NCBI GenBank assembly: GCA_964016885.1
Contig: OZ024743.1
Span: 44,392,001 to 44,456,000, forward strand
Origin: Eledone cirrhosa
Taxonomy: Eukaryota
Direction of reading: 5' to 3'
DNA length: 64,000 bases
Under the pieces are notes generated by a model. The model did not search any database. It was not told the DNA's origin and was given only the letters and a program-made list of their open reading frames with translations. Positions 38,707 to 51,620 of this stretch are shown piece by piece. Each line of letters starts with the position of its first letter. Positions within the stretch are counted from its first letter, which is position 1. Both the position numbers and the translations under genes were made by a program.

Positions 38707-38712
<6 letters not shown>
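38565..38712 (+). repeat. Partial copy of the 60357 repeat (lacks tRNA-like head)
   Basis: matches 60680-60828. Confidence 0.8.
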
Positions 38713-38767
<55 letters not shown>

Positions 38768-38844
38768 CACTTATATATATATATACATATATATATATAC
38801 ATATATGCACCTAGACAAATATATATATATATATATATACATAT

Positions 38845-38907
<63 letters not shown>

Positions 38908-39109
38908 CATATACACATATATACATATATATATACAAATATGTACTCATAAATATACGCATATACACAGGCACATAAAGACAGCTCTACAAGCAGAAAA
39001 TGCAGGTAGGTAGGAGGTACTCACATAACCATAGTGGCCGTATTTCAGGTTGAAGGGTGGTGGTGGTGGGGTTGGAAGGAGGTAGAGGGGCTAAAAGGGG
39101 GAAGTCGTT

Positions 39110-39926
39110 TTTACCCATCGGGCATTAACACTGGCTTAAGGTATTTGAAAGTTGCAAAGTTCTTGTGCATGCAGTTCGGGCAGTGTTGAGAGAGTTTGTT
39201 TAGTAGCGGGCCCTTGGCGAATAAAATATGTAGCTCTCTGAGATACAAAGGTCGCAGCCCTTGAGTCCTCCGTTGTAAGAGCGCGCATTCTGGAGTATTT
39301 TCCATTTAAGCGTGAAGGGGTGGAGTTCCTTTTGAGGTCCCAAACATAGGAGTCGAGTGTTGTTTCGTTTGATGTGTCCGGTCTTCTAAAGGAGTGGGTA
39401 TGGGCACACCAACGGGTGTTAAAGTTATTGGAAGTCATGCCGATGTAAGTCTTTTTATTATTGCAATCATCGGTGCCTGAGATGACATTTATATACAATA
39501 TCATTTGTCAGGCATTTGTTTTCAAGTGAGCAGGCTTCCTTATTTAGGCAATTACACAAGGCCCCAGTCCGGGGATTGGGTTCGGAGGTGGTTGGCTTAC
39601 ATAATTTATTAGAATTGTGGTTGGCTATATTTCTAGCTAGGTTCGGTGAGGTGGAGTAGGAGAGTATTTTGTGTTCTTATTAAAGATAGTGTAGTACCTA
39701 TGTTGTATGGGGAAGTGTGTTTTCAGTAGAATGAAGAAAATCCTAGATATCGCAGTGTAGAGATCTCTCTATTGAAGGAAGGGTTGTACCAGCTAATCTG
39801 ACTATGCCTATTCCTCCTCTGCCAACTTGCGGTGGTCCCTAGGTAGGTTATCTTTTCTTTAAATCCGCTGCGGGCGAGGGAGTCATTGTAGTAGGAGGCA
39901 GAAGCGTTAAAAATATCTTCGTTGGC

Positions 39927-39930
<4 letters not shown>
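39110..39930 (-). pseudogene. PLE 3' fragment (thumb + GIY-YIG), decayed
   Basis: WYNP, YSTSPNLARNI, CSLENKCL, KTYIGMTSNNFNTRW, CMHK. Confidence 0.85.
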
Positions 39931-39977
<47 letters not shown>

Positions 39978-39984
<7 letters not shown>

Positions 39985-40877
39985 GTAACGTTTTTTTTAC
40001 AAAATGAAAAATAACCGAGGTGTCCTACATTACGCGAGCGCTGCAGGAGCTTACGCAAGCCATTTGCAGATTTTTCTCCCAGTTGCTGGGCCTCCATTCT
40101 ATTTTGCTTCTTGCTACACAGTTCTATAATATTTCTAAGTTTAGATCTAGCTATACTAAATTGTGCTTCTGTTTGGAGAGATTGCATGCTTTCCAACAGA
40201 CAAGTCTTTGTCTTTAAAATAAACTTAAGCGATTAATCAGTCAATATAATGACCCCCCCCCCCCCAAAAAAAAAGAATTAACTGGTTAATCGCTTGACTA
40301 GGGAGATTAATACAAATATAAATTTAGTGATAATCGCATTTCGGCGGGTAGAAATTAGCGAAACGCAACTTCCATATTGTGCAGGCAAGCGCTCCATGGA
40401 TATGAAGAAGATACCAGAGCTATAAACATAAGTTAAAATGGTCATACACGCTGAGTGGATGGTTAAGAAGCCATTAACCACCTTAGCCTACAAAGCGAAC
40501 AAGCTAAACGTGTCAAACAAAATGAGATATGATTGAAATATATATATAGAAAACAAGATGAAATGTAACTTGAGTCTTATTTTTTTTAAAGATATATATA
40601 TATATATTGGTTCCTTTTCAAAAGTAGAGTTGAGATGGAGGGCCTGTGGTTTTTCTCAGATCTCACATCTGAGATGTGAGAAAAACCACAGACCCTCCTT
40701 TTCAACTCTACTTTTGAAAAGCAGAAGAACTGCGAAACCGCTAAAGGAACCAAATAATTTTTTTTTTTTTTTTCTAAATAAGACTCCAGTTGCATTTTCG
40801 ATTTCATCTTTTTTTCTTTATACTTTCACTCGTGTAGGACACCTCGATTATTTTTCCTTTTGTAAAGAAAACCTCAC

Positions 40878-40884
<7 letters not shown>
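39978..40884. mobile_element. MITE-like element, imperfect ~55-bp TIRs (TTAGAAAGT...), in (TA)n, with internal hairpin
   Basis: termini are reverse complements; internal palindrome 40605-40756. Confidence 0.7.
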
Positions 40885-40944
<60 letters not shown>

Positions 40945-41235
40945 CACACACACACAGTTCAAGAGCAACCAACCTTAAATAGAGAGATGGAGTTAGGAGA
41001 GGAGAAGAAAGATTGGTGAATTAGTTAGAAGCCAAAGCGTAAAGGCATGTGCTCTATGTGCAATATGCAGTGGAAGGCAGCTAGGTGGCTGGATTCATGC
41101 AGAGGTTAGGTGCACAGAGCTGGAAATATTCATTAGTTAAGCAAAACAAGACCACAATTTTCAGAAGGGAGACATTATAAAAAGATTGTCAACATACGTT
41201 TAGTTTAATGTAAGGAATGTAGAGAATAATAATAA

Positions 41236-41421
41236 TTGTTTCTCGTTTTGGCACAAGGCCAGCAATTAACCAGTACATTAGTGGTACTTCATTTTATCGA
41301 CCCCGTAAGGATGAAAGGCAAAGTTAACCTCGACGGGATTTGAATCCAGACCGTAAAGGGACGTAACTATGCTGGAAAGCATGGTGTCCGACTTCTACCG
41401 ATACTGCCAATTCACCACCCT
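41236..41421 (-). mobile_element. SINE family A with ~15-bp TSD
   Basis: agagaataa(t/g)aataat at 41221 and 41424. Confidence 0.9.
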
Positions 41422-41768
41422 ATAGAGAATAAGAATAATAATACTAACAATGTCCGTTTACAATTGTTTGGCTACTCCATATATTGTTTCTGGATGAAAT
41501 GATTATAGATCATTATAGTTCTGGTTCAGTTCAAGATAATTAACTTAGGTAAATCTCACATAGGCAGATCTCACATAATGCAGCCTCGAAAGAAGAATAT
41601 TGCTCTCCTATGGCAGACAATAGATATACCCAGGACACCATAGTGAAATACCAATATATGAAACATTACATACATGTAACCATCTTTTTATACCTTAATT
41701 TATATTCCTTTTGAAGTTCCGATTAACTGCTCCAATTTTACCTAAGTTAACTGAACCAGATCAATAAT

Positions 41769-41953
41769 TGTTTCTACTTTTTGGCACAAGGCCAGCAATT
41801 CACCAGTACATTACTGGTACTTTATTTTGTCGACCCCGTAAGGATGAAAGGCAAAGTTAACCTCGGCGGGATTTGAACTCAGATCATAAAGGGACATAAC
41901 TATGCTAGAAAGCATGGCGTATGGTCCTCTACCGATACTGCCAATTCACCACC
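41769..41953 (-). mobile_element. SINE family A with 18-bp TSD
   Basis: ctgaaccagatcaataat at 41751 and 41954. Confidence 0.92.
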
Positions 41954-42136
41954 CTGAACCAGATCAATAATGATCTATAATCATTTGATCCAGAAACATT
42001 ATATGGAGTAACGAAACAATTGTAAACGGACATTATTAGTATTATTATTATTATTGTCTACATTCCTTAGATAAAACTAAAACTATGTTGACAATCTTTT
42101 AATAATGTCTTCCTTGTGAAAATTGAGCTTAACTAA

Positions 42137-42216
<80 letters not shown>

Positions 42217-42599
42217 GAGAAAAGGGGGTGAGACAGAGAGAGAGAGAGGAAATATATAGATAGATAAGTAGAGAGGTAGATAGATAGATATACGTGTATA
42301 AATGTATGAGTTTTGGTATATGTGAGCGTGTGTAGGCGCACGTGAGTATATAAGTTTATGTGCGTGTGAGAATGTTATCAACACGCTTTTATTTCAAAGA
42401 AAATGTCAAATTTTCAGCTTTTTTACTATTTTGACATTTTCTTTGAAATAAAAGCATGTTGATAACATTCTCACACGCATATAAACATATATACTCACGT
42501 GCGCCTACACACGCTCACATATACCAAAACTCATACATTTATACACGTAAATCTATCTATCTATATATTTCCTCCCTCTCTCTCTGTCTCACTCCCCCC

Positions 42600-42659
<60 letters not shown>

Positions 42660-43282
42660 TCTCATACTACTATCATCTTATATTCTCTCAACTAATCACA
42701 CTTGATCATATTTCTCTATCCCGTTTTCTCCCCCCATAATTATTATATTTTTATTATTATTTGAAAAAATCGGTTTTTTTACATTGTGTTTTCCCCTCCA
42801 AATATTCGCTTATATTTCTTTATATATTCTCCATAAATTGTTTTATCTTTATTATTTCCACTTTTATCCTCCTTTATATTTACCTTATTCTTACTTTTAT
42901 ACCTTATTATAGTGTAATCTTCCCCATGCCTTATTATACACTATTAATTATAGATTATTATTGTTACTCTTTTTCCATTTCTAATTACCTCATGTACTTT
43001 CTCCTCCGCTATATATACATATATATTGTATGCCCTTTGTGTTTGTGTAGCCTATGCGCACCCTCTGCACCATACTATCGACGCCACCCCATCTATGGTT
43101 CAGCTAACCACCCGACTCCCGGGAATGAATATGACTGCAGCTAGTAAACAAGGACCCACACCCCACCCTCCCGTACCAAAATTAGACTTATCGTCCCCTA
43201 CTTTTGCTCTTTACTCTCTTTACTCTTTGTTCTTGAATGTTTGGTTGGTAGAGTCCATAACACCAATCAAACCCCTTTTATA

Positions 43283-43327
43283 GCTCTGACGAATCCTACG
43301 GTTACGTAAGGAAGAAACATTGTAAGC
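43283..43327 (+). ncRNA. Type I hammerhead at a PLE-like 3' end
   Basis: gct CTGACGA atcc-tacg-gtta-cgta-aggaa GAAA cattg TA agc, then AATAAA and (TA)n. Confidence 0.8.
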
Positions 43328-43368
43328 CAATAAAAATCTTTTGATGTTGTAGACGCTCTTGTGTTCTT

Positions 43369-43444
<76 letters not shown>

Positions 43445-43952
43445 TTATATATATATATTCATTAGTTAAGCTCAATTTTCACAAGGAAGACATTATTAAA
43501 AGATTGTCAACATAGTTTTAGTCTAATGTAAGGAATGTAGAGAATAATAATAATAATACTAATAATGTCCGTTTACAATTGTTTCGCTACTCCATATAAT
43601 GTTTCTGGATCAAATGATTATAGATAATTATTGATCTGGTTCAGTTAACTTAGGTAAAATTGGAGCAGTTAATCGGAACTTCAAAAGGAATATAAATTAA
43701 GGTAAAAAAGATGGTTACATGAATGTAATGTTTCATATATTGGTATTTCACTATGGTGTCCTGGGTATATCTATTGTCTGCCATAGGCGATCAATATTCT
43801 TCTTTCGAGGCTGCATTATGTGAGATCTGCCTATGTGAGATTTACCTAAGTTAATTATCTTGAACATTTTCATATATATATATATAACTTGTATAACTTG
43901 GATGCCTTCAGTTTCGTGAAATCCCCCACAAAACATGTCAACACGTATTCAA

Positions 43953-44109
43953 AATAAAAATTATAAATTTCATATATTCACCTTCTCTTTTCTTCTCTTT
44001 GAAATTTTAGTCACGATATAAATAGTAAAACACCTGAAAATTATATCGTGACTAAAATTTCAAAGAGAAGAAAAGAGAAGGTGAATATATGAAATTTATA
44101 ATTTTTATT
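43953..44109. repeat. ~66-bp perfect inverted repeat with ~24-bp spacer
   Basis: direct reading. Confidence 0.9.
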
Positions 44110-44185
44110 ATCTGAATACTTATAGGATATAAGAAAACATACTCATCTAAAACAATCTTGAAATTGCTTTTATAATGAATACGTG

Positions 44186-44225
<40 letters not shown>

Positions 44226-44806
44226 ATGTTCAAGACCATATCTAATCATTATCTATAAAAGGCAGATTGTTGTTCTGTGTGTGTGTATGTTCCTTTACTA
44301 TACATTTGCACAACTTCAAACTGATTCGACTCAAAGTCTGTAAGAATGTTGTAAATGGTCTAACTAAGGTCAACGACTATTTATTTCATTCAAACTCACC
44401 CACAATTACGGATATAATCGATAAAACTAAATACATGACGCTTCCCCTCTAATACAAATTGATACCTCTCTCTACTCTCCTTAAAATTCGATAAAACTGC
44501 ATACATGCTGTAAATTTCTCTTATATAAGATTAAACTTACAAACTTCCTTTCGGAACGCGGAAGAGAGAGAGAAGAGAGTGAGAGGGAGAGAGAGAGAGA
44601 ACGTTTGTTTTTGAGTGTGGGACGGTCAAACATTTGTTTACTTCAATGACAAAGAGAGCTTATTACATTTCATACGACACAACAATTATTCAAAAGCAAC
44701 AGGTAAATTTATTCATCAACAAAAAAAAAATAGCGAAAAATCTTTTTTAAAACCTCTCAACGAACGTGGAAGAAAGAAGTATCACTTTATTTACAATACA
44801 CAATCA

Positions 44807-45078
44807 TATCCTCTATGAAGTCACTAAACCTGCTAGAAACAGCAGCTTACTCTCCCCCATATCACACCACTCCATAATGTCTTAAATTTAGAAAACATAT
44901 CTTCTATGAGGTCACTAAACCTGCTAGAAACAGCAGCTAACTCTCCCCCATATCACAGCACTCCCTACTGTCTTAAATTTAGAAAACATATCCTCTATTA
45001 GGTCACTAAATCTGCTAGAAACAGCAGCTAACTCTCCCCCATATCACACCCCTCCCTACTGACTTAAATTTAGAAAAC
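44807..45078 (+). repeat. 90-bp tandem repeat x3
   Basis: unit contains gtcactaaacctgctagaaacagcagct..tcttaaatttagaaaaca. Confidence 0.92.
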
Positions 45079-45149
45079 ACACATTAGACAACCATGCAGA
45101 ACAACTCCATCGCAGCTCTGTTGTTCGGCTATTATTATTACTATATATA

Positions 45150-45600
45150 TATAGTAATAATAATAAATTTGAAGACTAAAATCCAAATAGGGCGCGATAA
45201 GGATAAATATATATCACATATATAAGAACCGTAGAGCAAATATTTATTAAAATAACAGATTAAAGTTTAAGCAAATGATCGCTGATTTCACTCTTAACAG
45301 GATCTTCTGAAACTAACAAAGTCAATCTGTGAACGCAGAAGTGAATATTTAAAAGAAACTTGCAACCGGAGGAAGACAGGAAGGTGATACTTTGGTTCGT
45401 GGAACCGTTATCTGGCAAAGAACGGGAAAAAACGAATATAATACGTCATTATTTGGAGCGGTGAAAACAATTACACGCAAAGACAAAACCACGTTTATGG
45501 TATAAAAGAAATCGTAGACTAATATTCTAGTAGGTGGTTCGTGTTATCTTCGTGTTTTCCGTTCATTGCCAGAGAACGTCTCCACGAACCACCTAATAGA
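45150..45600 (-). repeat. CAGAAGA-hammerhead family copy with 5' inversion
   Basis: reverse complement of 22295-22675; 45550-45597 in the opposite orientation. Confidence 0.8.
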
Positions 45601-45664
45601 TATGTCCAAAGGCTCTGATACCATCAATACCATAAACACAGAGCTGGCATATCTAAGATGCCTA

Positions 45665-45720
45665 ACTACCTGATGAGGTCATAGCCATTCAATGGCTATC
45701 ATCGAAATATATATAGCAGT
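45665..45720 (+). ncRNA. Type I hammerhead with (TA) palindromic stem III
   Basis: actac CTGATGA ggtc-atagcca-ttcaa-tggctat-catc GAAA tatata TA gcagt. Confidence 0.78.
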
Positions 45721-45761
45721 AAATAAAGGATTATTAGTTCATGCAATTGACTTATGTTTCG

Positions 45762-45804
<43 letters not shown>

Positions 45805-45972
45805 ACATATATATAATGAGAGTGAAATAATCCAGTCTTATTTTGGTAAGGAACGATAACTCAATGCATGAATTAAGTTGACAGGAATCCAAATCCAAAT
45901 TATACTCCAAAGCTTTAACTTACAGGTAGATAAAGACAGTGTAAGTTACGAAGCATCAATAGCTAATATAAT

Positions 45973-46161
45973 CGTTTTTACTTTTGGCACAAGACATGCA
46001 ATTATTCCAGTGTATTACTGGTACTTTATTTTATCGATCCCGTAAGGAAGAAAGGTAAATTTAACTTCGGCGGGATTTGAACTCAGACCGTAAAGGGATG
46101 CAATTCTTTGCTGCAAAGCATGGCGTCCGACTCTCTACCGATACTGCCAATCCACCGCGCT
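45973..46161 (-). mobile_element. SINE family A with ~14-bp TSD
   Basis: atagct(a/g)atataat at 45959 and 46162. Confidence 0.9.
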
Positions 46162-46556
46162 ATAGCTGATATAATGGGAGAATCCAAGTTTGTTAATTAA
46201 ATTTCATCGTTAATCTCTACGGAAGTTTCAAGCTCGGTGCCGACACATGGAATTGATGAATTATGCAGTCAAAGATCAGTAATCAGTCATTTAGTTGGCC
46301 CCAAAATATAAATGCTCATTTCTTCATTAAACAAAGAGATAGATAACTTGTAAAAATAGTAACTAACCGAATTTCAATAGATAGTGAATTTTGTAAGAAT
46401 AGCAACGACATACACGTCAATGTTCTAACTGATAATCACCTTTAATCAGGACTTGATACCTCACAACCGAGGGACAAATATATAATCTTTTGAGTCCCAC
46501 TATATGGTTTACTCGACCATTTAGCAAACATGAGGCCTCACATATGTATAATGTGA

Positions 46557-46700
46557 AGGCGCATGGATTAGTGGTTAGAGCATTGGGCTTGGAATCGAAA
46601 GGTTGCGAGTTCAATTCTCGGACCGGGTGATGTGTTGTTTCCTTGAGCAAGACACTTTATTTCACGTTGCTCCAGTTTACTCAGCTGTATAAACGAGATA
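46557..46700 (+). mobile_element. tRNA-derived CORE-type SINE family B
   Basis: A-box tagtggttagagc, B-box gagttcaattc, core ccttgagcaagacactttatttcacgttgctccag. Confidence 0.8.
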
Positions 46701-46983
46701 TACTTTGGAGGTGGCCAGCTAAACCTGCATAGGTGTGAGCTGTCACACACACACAAAAATATATCGGCATATTCGAGAAACAATTACCCCAATAACAGAG
46801 ATCCCATAAGTTACTTAATAAAAATATTATCAAAATATCTGTCTCAACTACTCCCAATCTAGCTGACTATTCAACCAGAGGCAATAACAGAAATCTGATG
46901 TAGCTGGCTACCTGCTTTCATTATATGGTTTTGGACAGATATAGATATATAAAAAGTACATGATAAAATGACAAGTCAGTCAA

Positions 46984-47480
46984 TCATATTGGTTGCCTCC
47001 ACACAGCCCCGTCAGACAGAATGGAGAAGACGTTTCCACGGAGGACGGCAAGGGAGACGCGCTGGAAAATCCATTCCAACTCGTGAGGCTCACACCTGCG
47101 GCTGGCCAGCTCAGCGACTATGGTGGTGAGTAGAGAGGTAGCTCTAGGATCGAGGATACCAGAAGTCTCAATTGCGAAAGGTACGACCGCAAACCTGTCG
47201 GAGAGCGACCGGTATTTGGAGAGTTTGGCCGCCTCAGCACGACGTGCAGCAGATCCTGGGTTAGTCACAGACTGCACCAAGTTGCGGCAGGAGAAAGTGT
47301 CGGTGCAAGTGGCATTCCAGACGAGGAACGGGAAGATGGTCATACCATCTGGCCTTTTGCCGTCCCCTTGGTCCAGCCCAACCGACTCGAGTTGGGAAGG
47401 TAAGCCTGGAGCGTCCAAGCTATGCGTTATGACCTCGTTGAGGGCAGCAAGTCGTGAAAGGCAGCAGACACTGTGGTGTA
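46984..47480 (-). pseudogene. CRE-clade-like non-LTR 3' fragment, restriction-like endonuclease
   Basis: DGKRPDG, LVW(N)ATC, EAAKLSKY, PFAIETSG, QRVSLAVLRGN. Confidence 0.8.
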
Positions 47481-47929
47481 AAAACAGAAGACATTTGACA
47501 ATATTTATAAAACAAAAAGCACAAATACGTCGAGGCGTTTAACTCATGCTAAGATAAACCCAGAATAATCTCCTTCAGCTAACAAGCGCCCGCGTTCTAA
47601 TGCACATAGGAACCAAATAGGTAGCTTCTACTGTAACCTTAAGAACCATGTGACTCGCCACTCAACGGTAATTATCTTATTCAAAATATAGTGCACCAAT
47701 GTGCTGTCTCTAAACCAACCTACACAAAATCTTATATAGGTTCAACCTGAAATAGATTCACGTCCCGATATTCTATGCATCGTAACCACTCTAGGAAGAA
47801 TAAATTTCAAAACTTTACCTCTTAGCCCCTTACATATGGGAATTGAAAGAAACTAATATCGTATGCACCCTTAAATGGGATATTTAAACATACAAGGAGA
47901 AAACAACCAACCCGACTTGTACATGGAAA

Positions 47930-50805
47930 GAAAGACATCTTTGCTGATACACTCAATGTTCAAACACTCCAGAAAGACTATAAAATCCCTGAACTGATTG
48001 CTTCAGCAGGGGCGACCAACCATGATGTTATCTGTCTTCAGGAGCGCCGGTTCATACATGAAGAGCTTGTAACAAAGGAGCAAATATTTGGCAATTGGAG
48101 GCTGATAACCTGCTCAGCTTGGAAAAACAACATGAATGCAGCAAATGGTGGTGTTGGAATGTTTTTCAGCCCGCGAGCCTATGATGCGCTTGCGAGTGTT
48201 GAAATGATAACATCAAGGATAATGATAGCTACGTTTAACGGGAATCCTAAAACCACTGTAATCTCTTGCTATAGTCTAACAAATGTATGTGATATGGACG
48301 AAGTAGAGAGGTTTTACATGGAACTAATATCACTCACTAGACAAATCCCGAAACATAATGTTCTCATCATTGGCGGAGACTTCAACGCGCGTCTTGGACA
48401 GCTTGATGGATTCAAATTCTCATACCACCAATAGAAACGGTTGTATGCTAAATATTACTTGTGTGAGAACAATCTACGACGTCTCAACGCCATATTCCAA
48501 AAAAAGACCAGGCCAGCGGTGGCCACACAAATCTCCAAATGGCGACAAGACACAACTGGATTATATCATAATCAATCGAAAATGGAAGAACAGCGCAAAA
48601 AACTGCAGAGCATATGACTCATTTGTTAGTGTTGACTCGGATCATCGCATTGTCTCGGCTAGGATTCGATTATGTCTCCGAGTGGATAAAATGAAATCTG
48701 CAAGTGCTACTCCTTACAATTGAGCAGTTCCGAATACCAATCCTGAAATTTACAAAACCTTTGTAACCCAACTGAGCAACCGATGTGCTGCCCTACAAGA
48801 CTCTGTGCCAACAAAATCGTCAAATTCTACATTTAACCACTTTCAAATGTCATTCAAAGAGGCAGCGGCCGACACCATCCCTTTAAAACCCAAGGTTAAA
48901 AAACGAAAACCCTGGGAAACAGAGAGGATACGCCAAAAGCGCAAAGAGTTGCGAAAAGATGCAGAATTAAAAGACACTCAACGATCTCCAGAAAACATTA
49001 GTAACTTCAATGCTGCTTGTACAGCACTGAACAGTGAGTATGAAATTGAGCAAGCCGAATACATGCAGAGAAAGATCAATCATATCTCGAGTACTGTCAG
49101 CAATAAGAAGTCTGCTGAAGCCTGGAAAACTGTCAATGAAATTAGTGGCAGAAAAAGTAGTGACAGAGCCAAACTGAAAGCCTCCAGCCAAGACGAACGT
49201 TTAAAACTGTGGCAACAACATTTTCAGAACCTACTTGGCAAAGCACCACAGATCATCGAAGAAGAAATAATACAGAGGAACACCAAATAGAGATGTGTCC
49301 TTTCACTATGGAGGAACTACAGAAAGCAGTGAAAAGTATTGGTAACGGAAAAGCGTGCGGACTCGACGAGATCCCAGCTGAAGTGTGGAAGGTACCTGAA
49401 TTTCACCCAATCCTACTAGAGTTGTGTAATGGTGTCTATAATCAAGACCCCATAGACAAATGGACTGAGGGATGTATACTTCCTTTTCCCAAAAAGGGCG
49501 ATCTTGGAATGGCTAAAAACTACCGTGGCATAACACTAATGGCAATTGCCGCAAAGATATACAATCTCATGTTGTTTGACAGAATAAGACCTGTCATTGA
49601 CCCCTTGCTGAACAAAAACCAAAATAGCTTCCGCACTAACAGATCAACATCAGGGCAAATACTTACTATTCGGCGTATCTTGGAAGGCGTAAAAGCCAAA
49701 AGCCTCCCAGCAACTCTCCTGTTTATTGACTATTCAAAAGCATTCGATCCATCGTGGGAGGATGAGAGAGATACTTCTAGCCTACGGCTTGCCAAAGGAA
49801 ACAGTAAATGCTATCATGATGTTATATAAAAGCACCCGCGTAATGGTGGTGCTAACCTGATGGAGATACCAACTTCTTTGACATCATTGCAGGAGTACTC
49901 CAAGGGGATACTCTTGCACCATATATTTTGATCATCTGCTTCGACTATGTATTGAGAAAAGCCCTGGACGAAAACTTAGAGCTTGGTTTCACTCTCACAA
50001 AGCGAAGGTGTAGACGCCATGCAGCTCAGCAAATCACCGATGCTGACTATGCGGATGATTTAGCGGTCCTCGCTGACTACCTTAAGGATGCAACATCCCT
50101 ACTTCACATCATAGAATCAGTTGCAAAGGAAATCGGACTCTCTGTCAATGCAGGCAAAACAGAATATATTTGCCTGAACCCAGACTCCTCAGTTGGTATG
50201 GGAGGTCTAAACGGCGATATAATCAAGCAAGTTGACGACTTCAAATACCTGGGTAGCTATATCGCCCCCACAGAACATGATGTTAACATCAGACTGGGAA
50301 AAGCCTGGGGAGCATTGAATGCAATGGAAAAGATATGGAAATCAAACCTGCCGGCCAAACTGAAAAGGAATTTTTTCAGAGCTGCTGTGGAATCTGTGCT
50401 TGTTTATGGCTCTATCACTTCGACGCTAACGTCGAAATTGGAGAAAAACCTAGACGGGGCATACGCACGTATGCTCCGTGTGGCTTTAAACGTGTCTTGG
50501 GGGAACACCCAACAAATAAGGATCTCTATGGCAATATACCACCTATCAGCAGGTCAATACGTGGGCAGAGACTCAGATTTGCTGGCCACTGTTGGCGCAG
50601 CAAGGAAGAAATAGCAGGTGATGTGTTGTTATGGAGTCCTTCTCATGGAGCAAGAAACGCTGGTCGTCCCAAGAAGACATACGTCAAGCAACTTGAGGAC
50701 GATCCTGGATGCACCGCGGGAGAACTGGTAAACGCTATGAGAGACAGAGATGGATGGCGGAAACGTGTCGTAGAAAGCCGAGCAAGCTCGACCTGATGAT
50801 GATGT
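47930..50805 (+). mobile_element. Decayed RTE-clade LINE (APE-RT, several frameshifts), (TGA)n tail
   Basis: ICLQE, GGDFNA, QLDYII, DSDHR, NYRGITL, FIDYSKAFD, QGDTLAP, DYADD, FKYLGS, GRPKKTY. Confidence 0.92.
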
Positions 50806-51202
50806 TGAAATAGGATATATTTATAGTAGCCCAGGCATAACAGACGGGAAGATGTAGATATAATTTGTGTCTCACTGAATATCTCTTAATAATCAAATCT
50901 CGTTCAACATTCTTAAACAGAAAATTTGAGTCTCTCCACTTGCTTATATAAAAATTCACATTTCTTCTATTTTAGGAAGTATGACCATACATAGTAAATT
51001 ATAGTAACCTAAAATGCCTTTCACATCTCATTGATTGCTTTTATTTAATATTACACCTATTGATTTATAGATTAGAGTTGAATTAATTATACCTTTTCGT
51101 AATTTCATAATAGGCAATTTAACACAGAGAAACAAACGTATGGAATTAATCAGTGACACTTTCTGCTTGCTGACACATAAAGTATTATTATAAGTAGTAG
51201 TA

Positions 51203-51620
51203 AAGGGCAGTGGATTGGCAGTATCAGTAGAGGGTCGGACGCCATGCTTTCTAGCATAGAGTTACGTCCCTTTCGTGACTGAGTTCAAATCCCTCCAAGG
51301 TTAACTTTGCCTTTCATCCTTACGGGGTCGATACAATAAAGTACCAGTAATGTACTGGATAATTGCTGGCCTTGTGCCAAAAGTAGAAACAATCATACGT
51401 AGTAGTAATATAAGGGCAGTGGAGTGGCAGTATCGGTAGAGGGTCGGAAGCCATCCTTTGCAATATAGAGTTACGGCCCTTTATATTCTGAGTTCAAATG
51501 GCGCCGAGGTTAACTTTGCCTTTCATCCTTACGGGGTCGATAAAATAAAGTACTGGGGTCGATTTAATCGACTTTCCCCTCCCCAAAAATTGCTGGCCTT
51601 GTGCCTATATAAGAAACCAT
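51203..51620 (+). mobile_element. Two adjacent SINE family A copies (51203-51392, 51412-51620)
   Basis: two head-to-tail copies separated by agtagtaat. Confidence 0.9.

Larger units (their letters stand above)
41126..43870. repeat. Nested inverted-repeat complex
   Basis: 41530-42138 (minus its SINE) inverted at 43456-43865; 41126-41530 inverted vs 41955-42138; hairpin 42275-42570 centred ~42420. Confidence 0.8.

Noticed and set aside
44807-45078. CRISPR-like array
   Set aside because: The entire unit is repeated with no unique spacers, in a eukaryotic context
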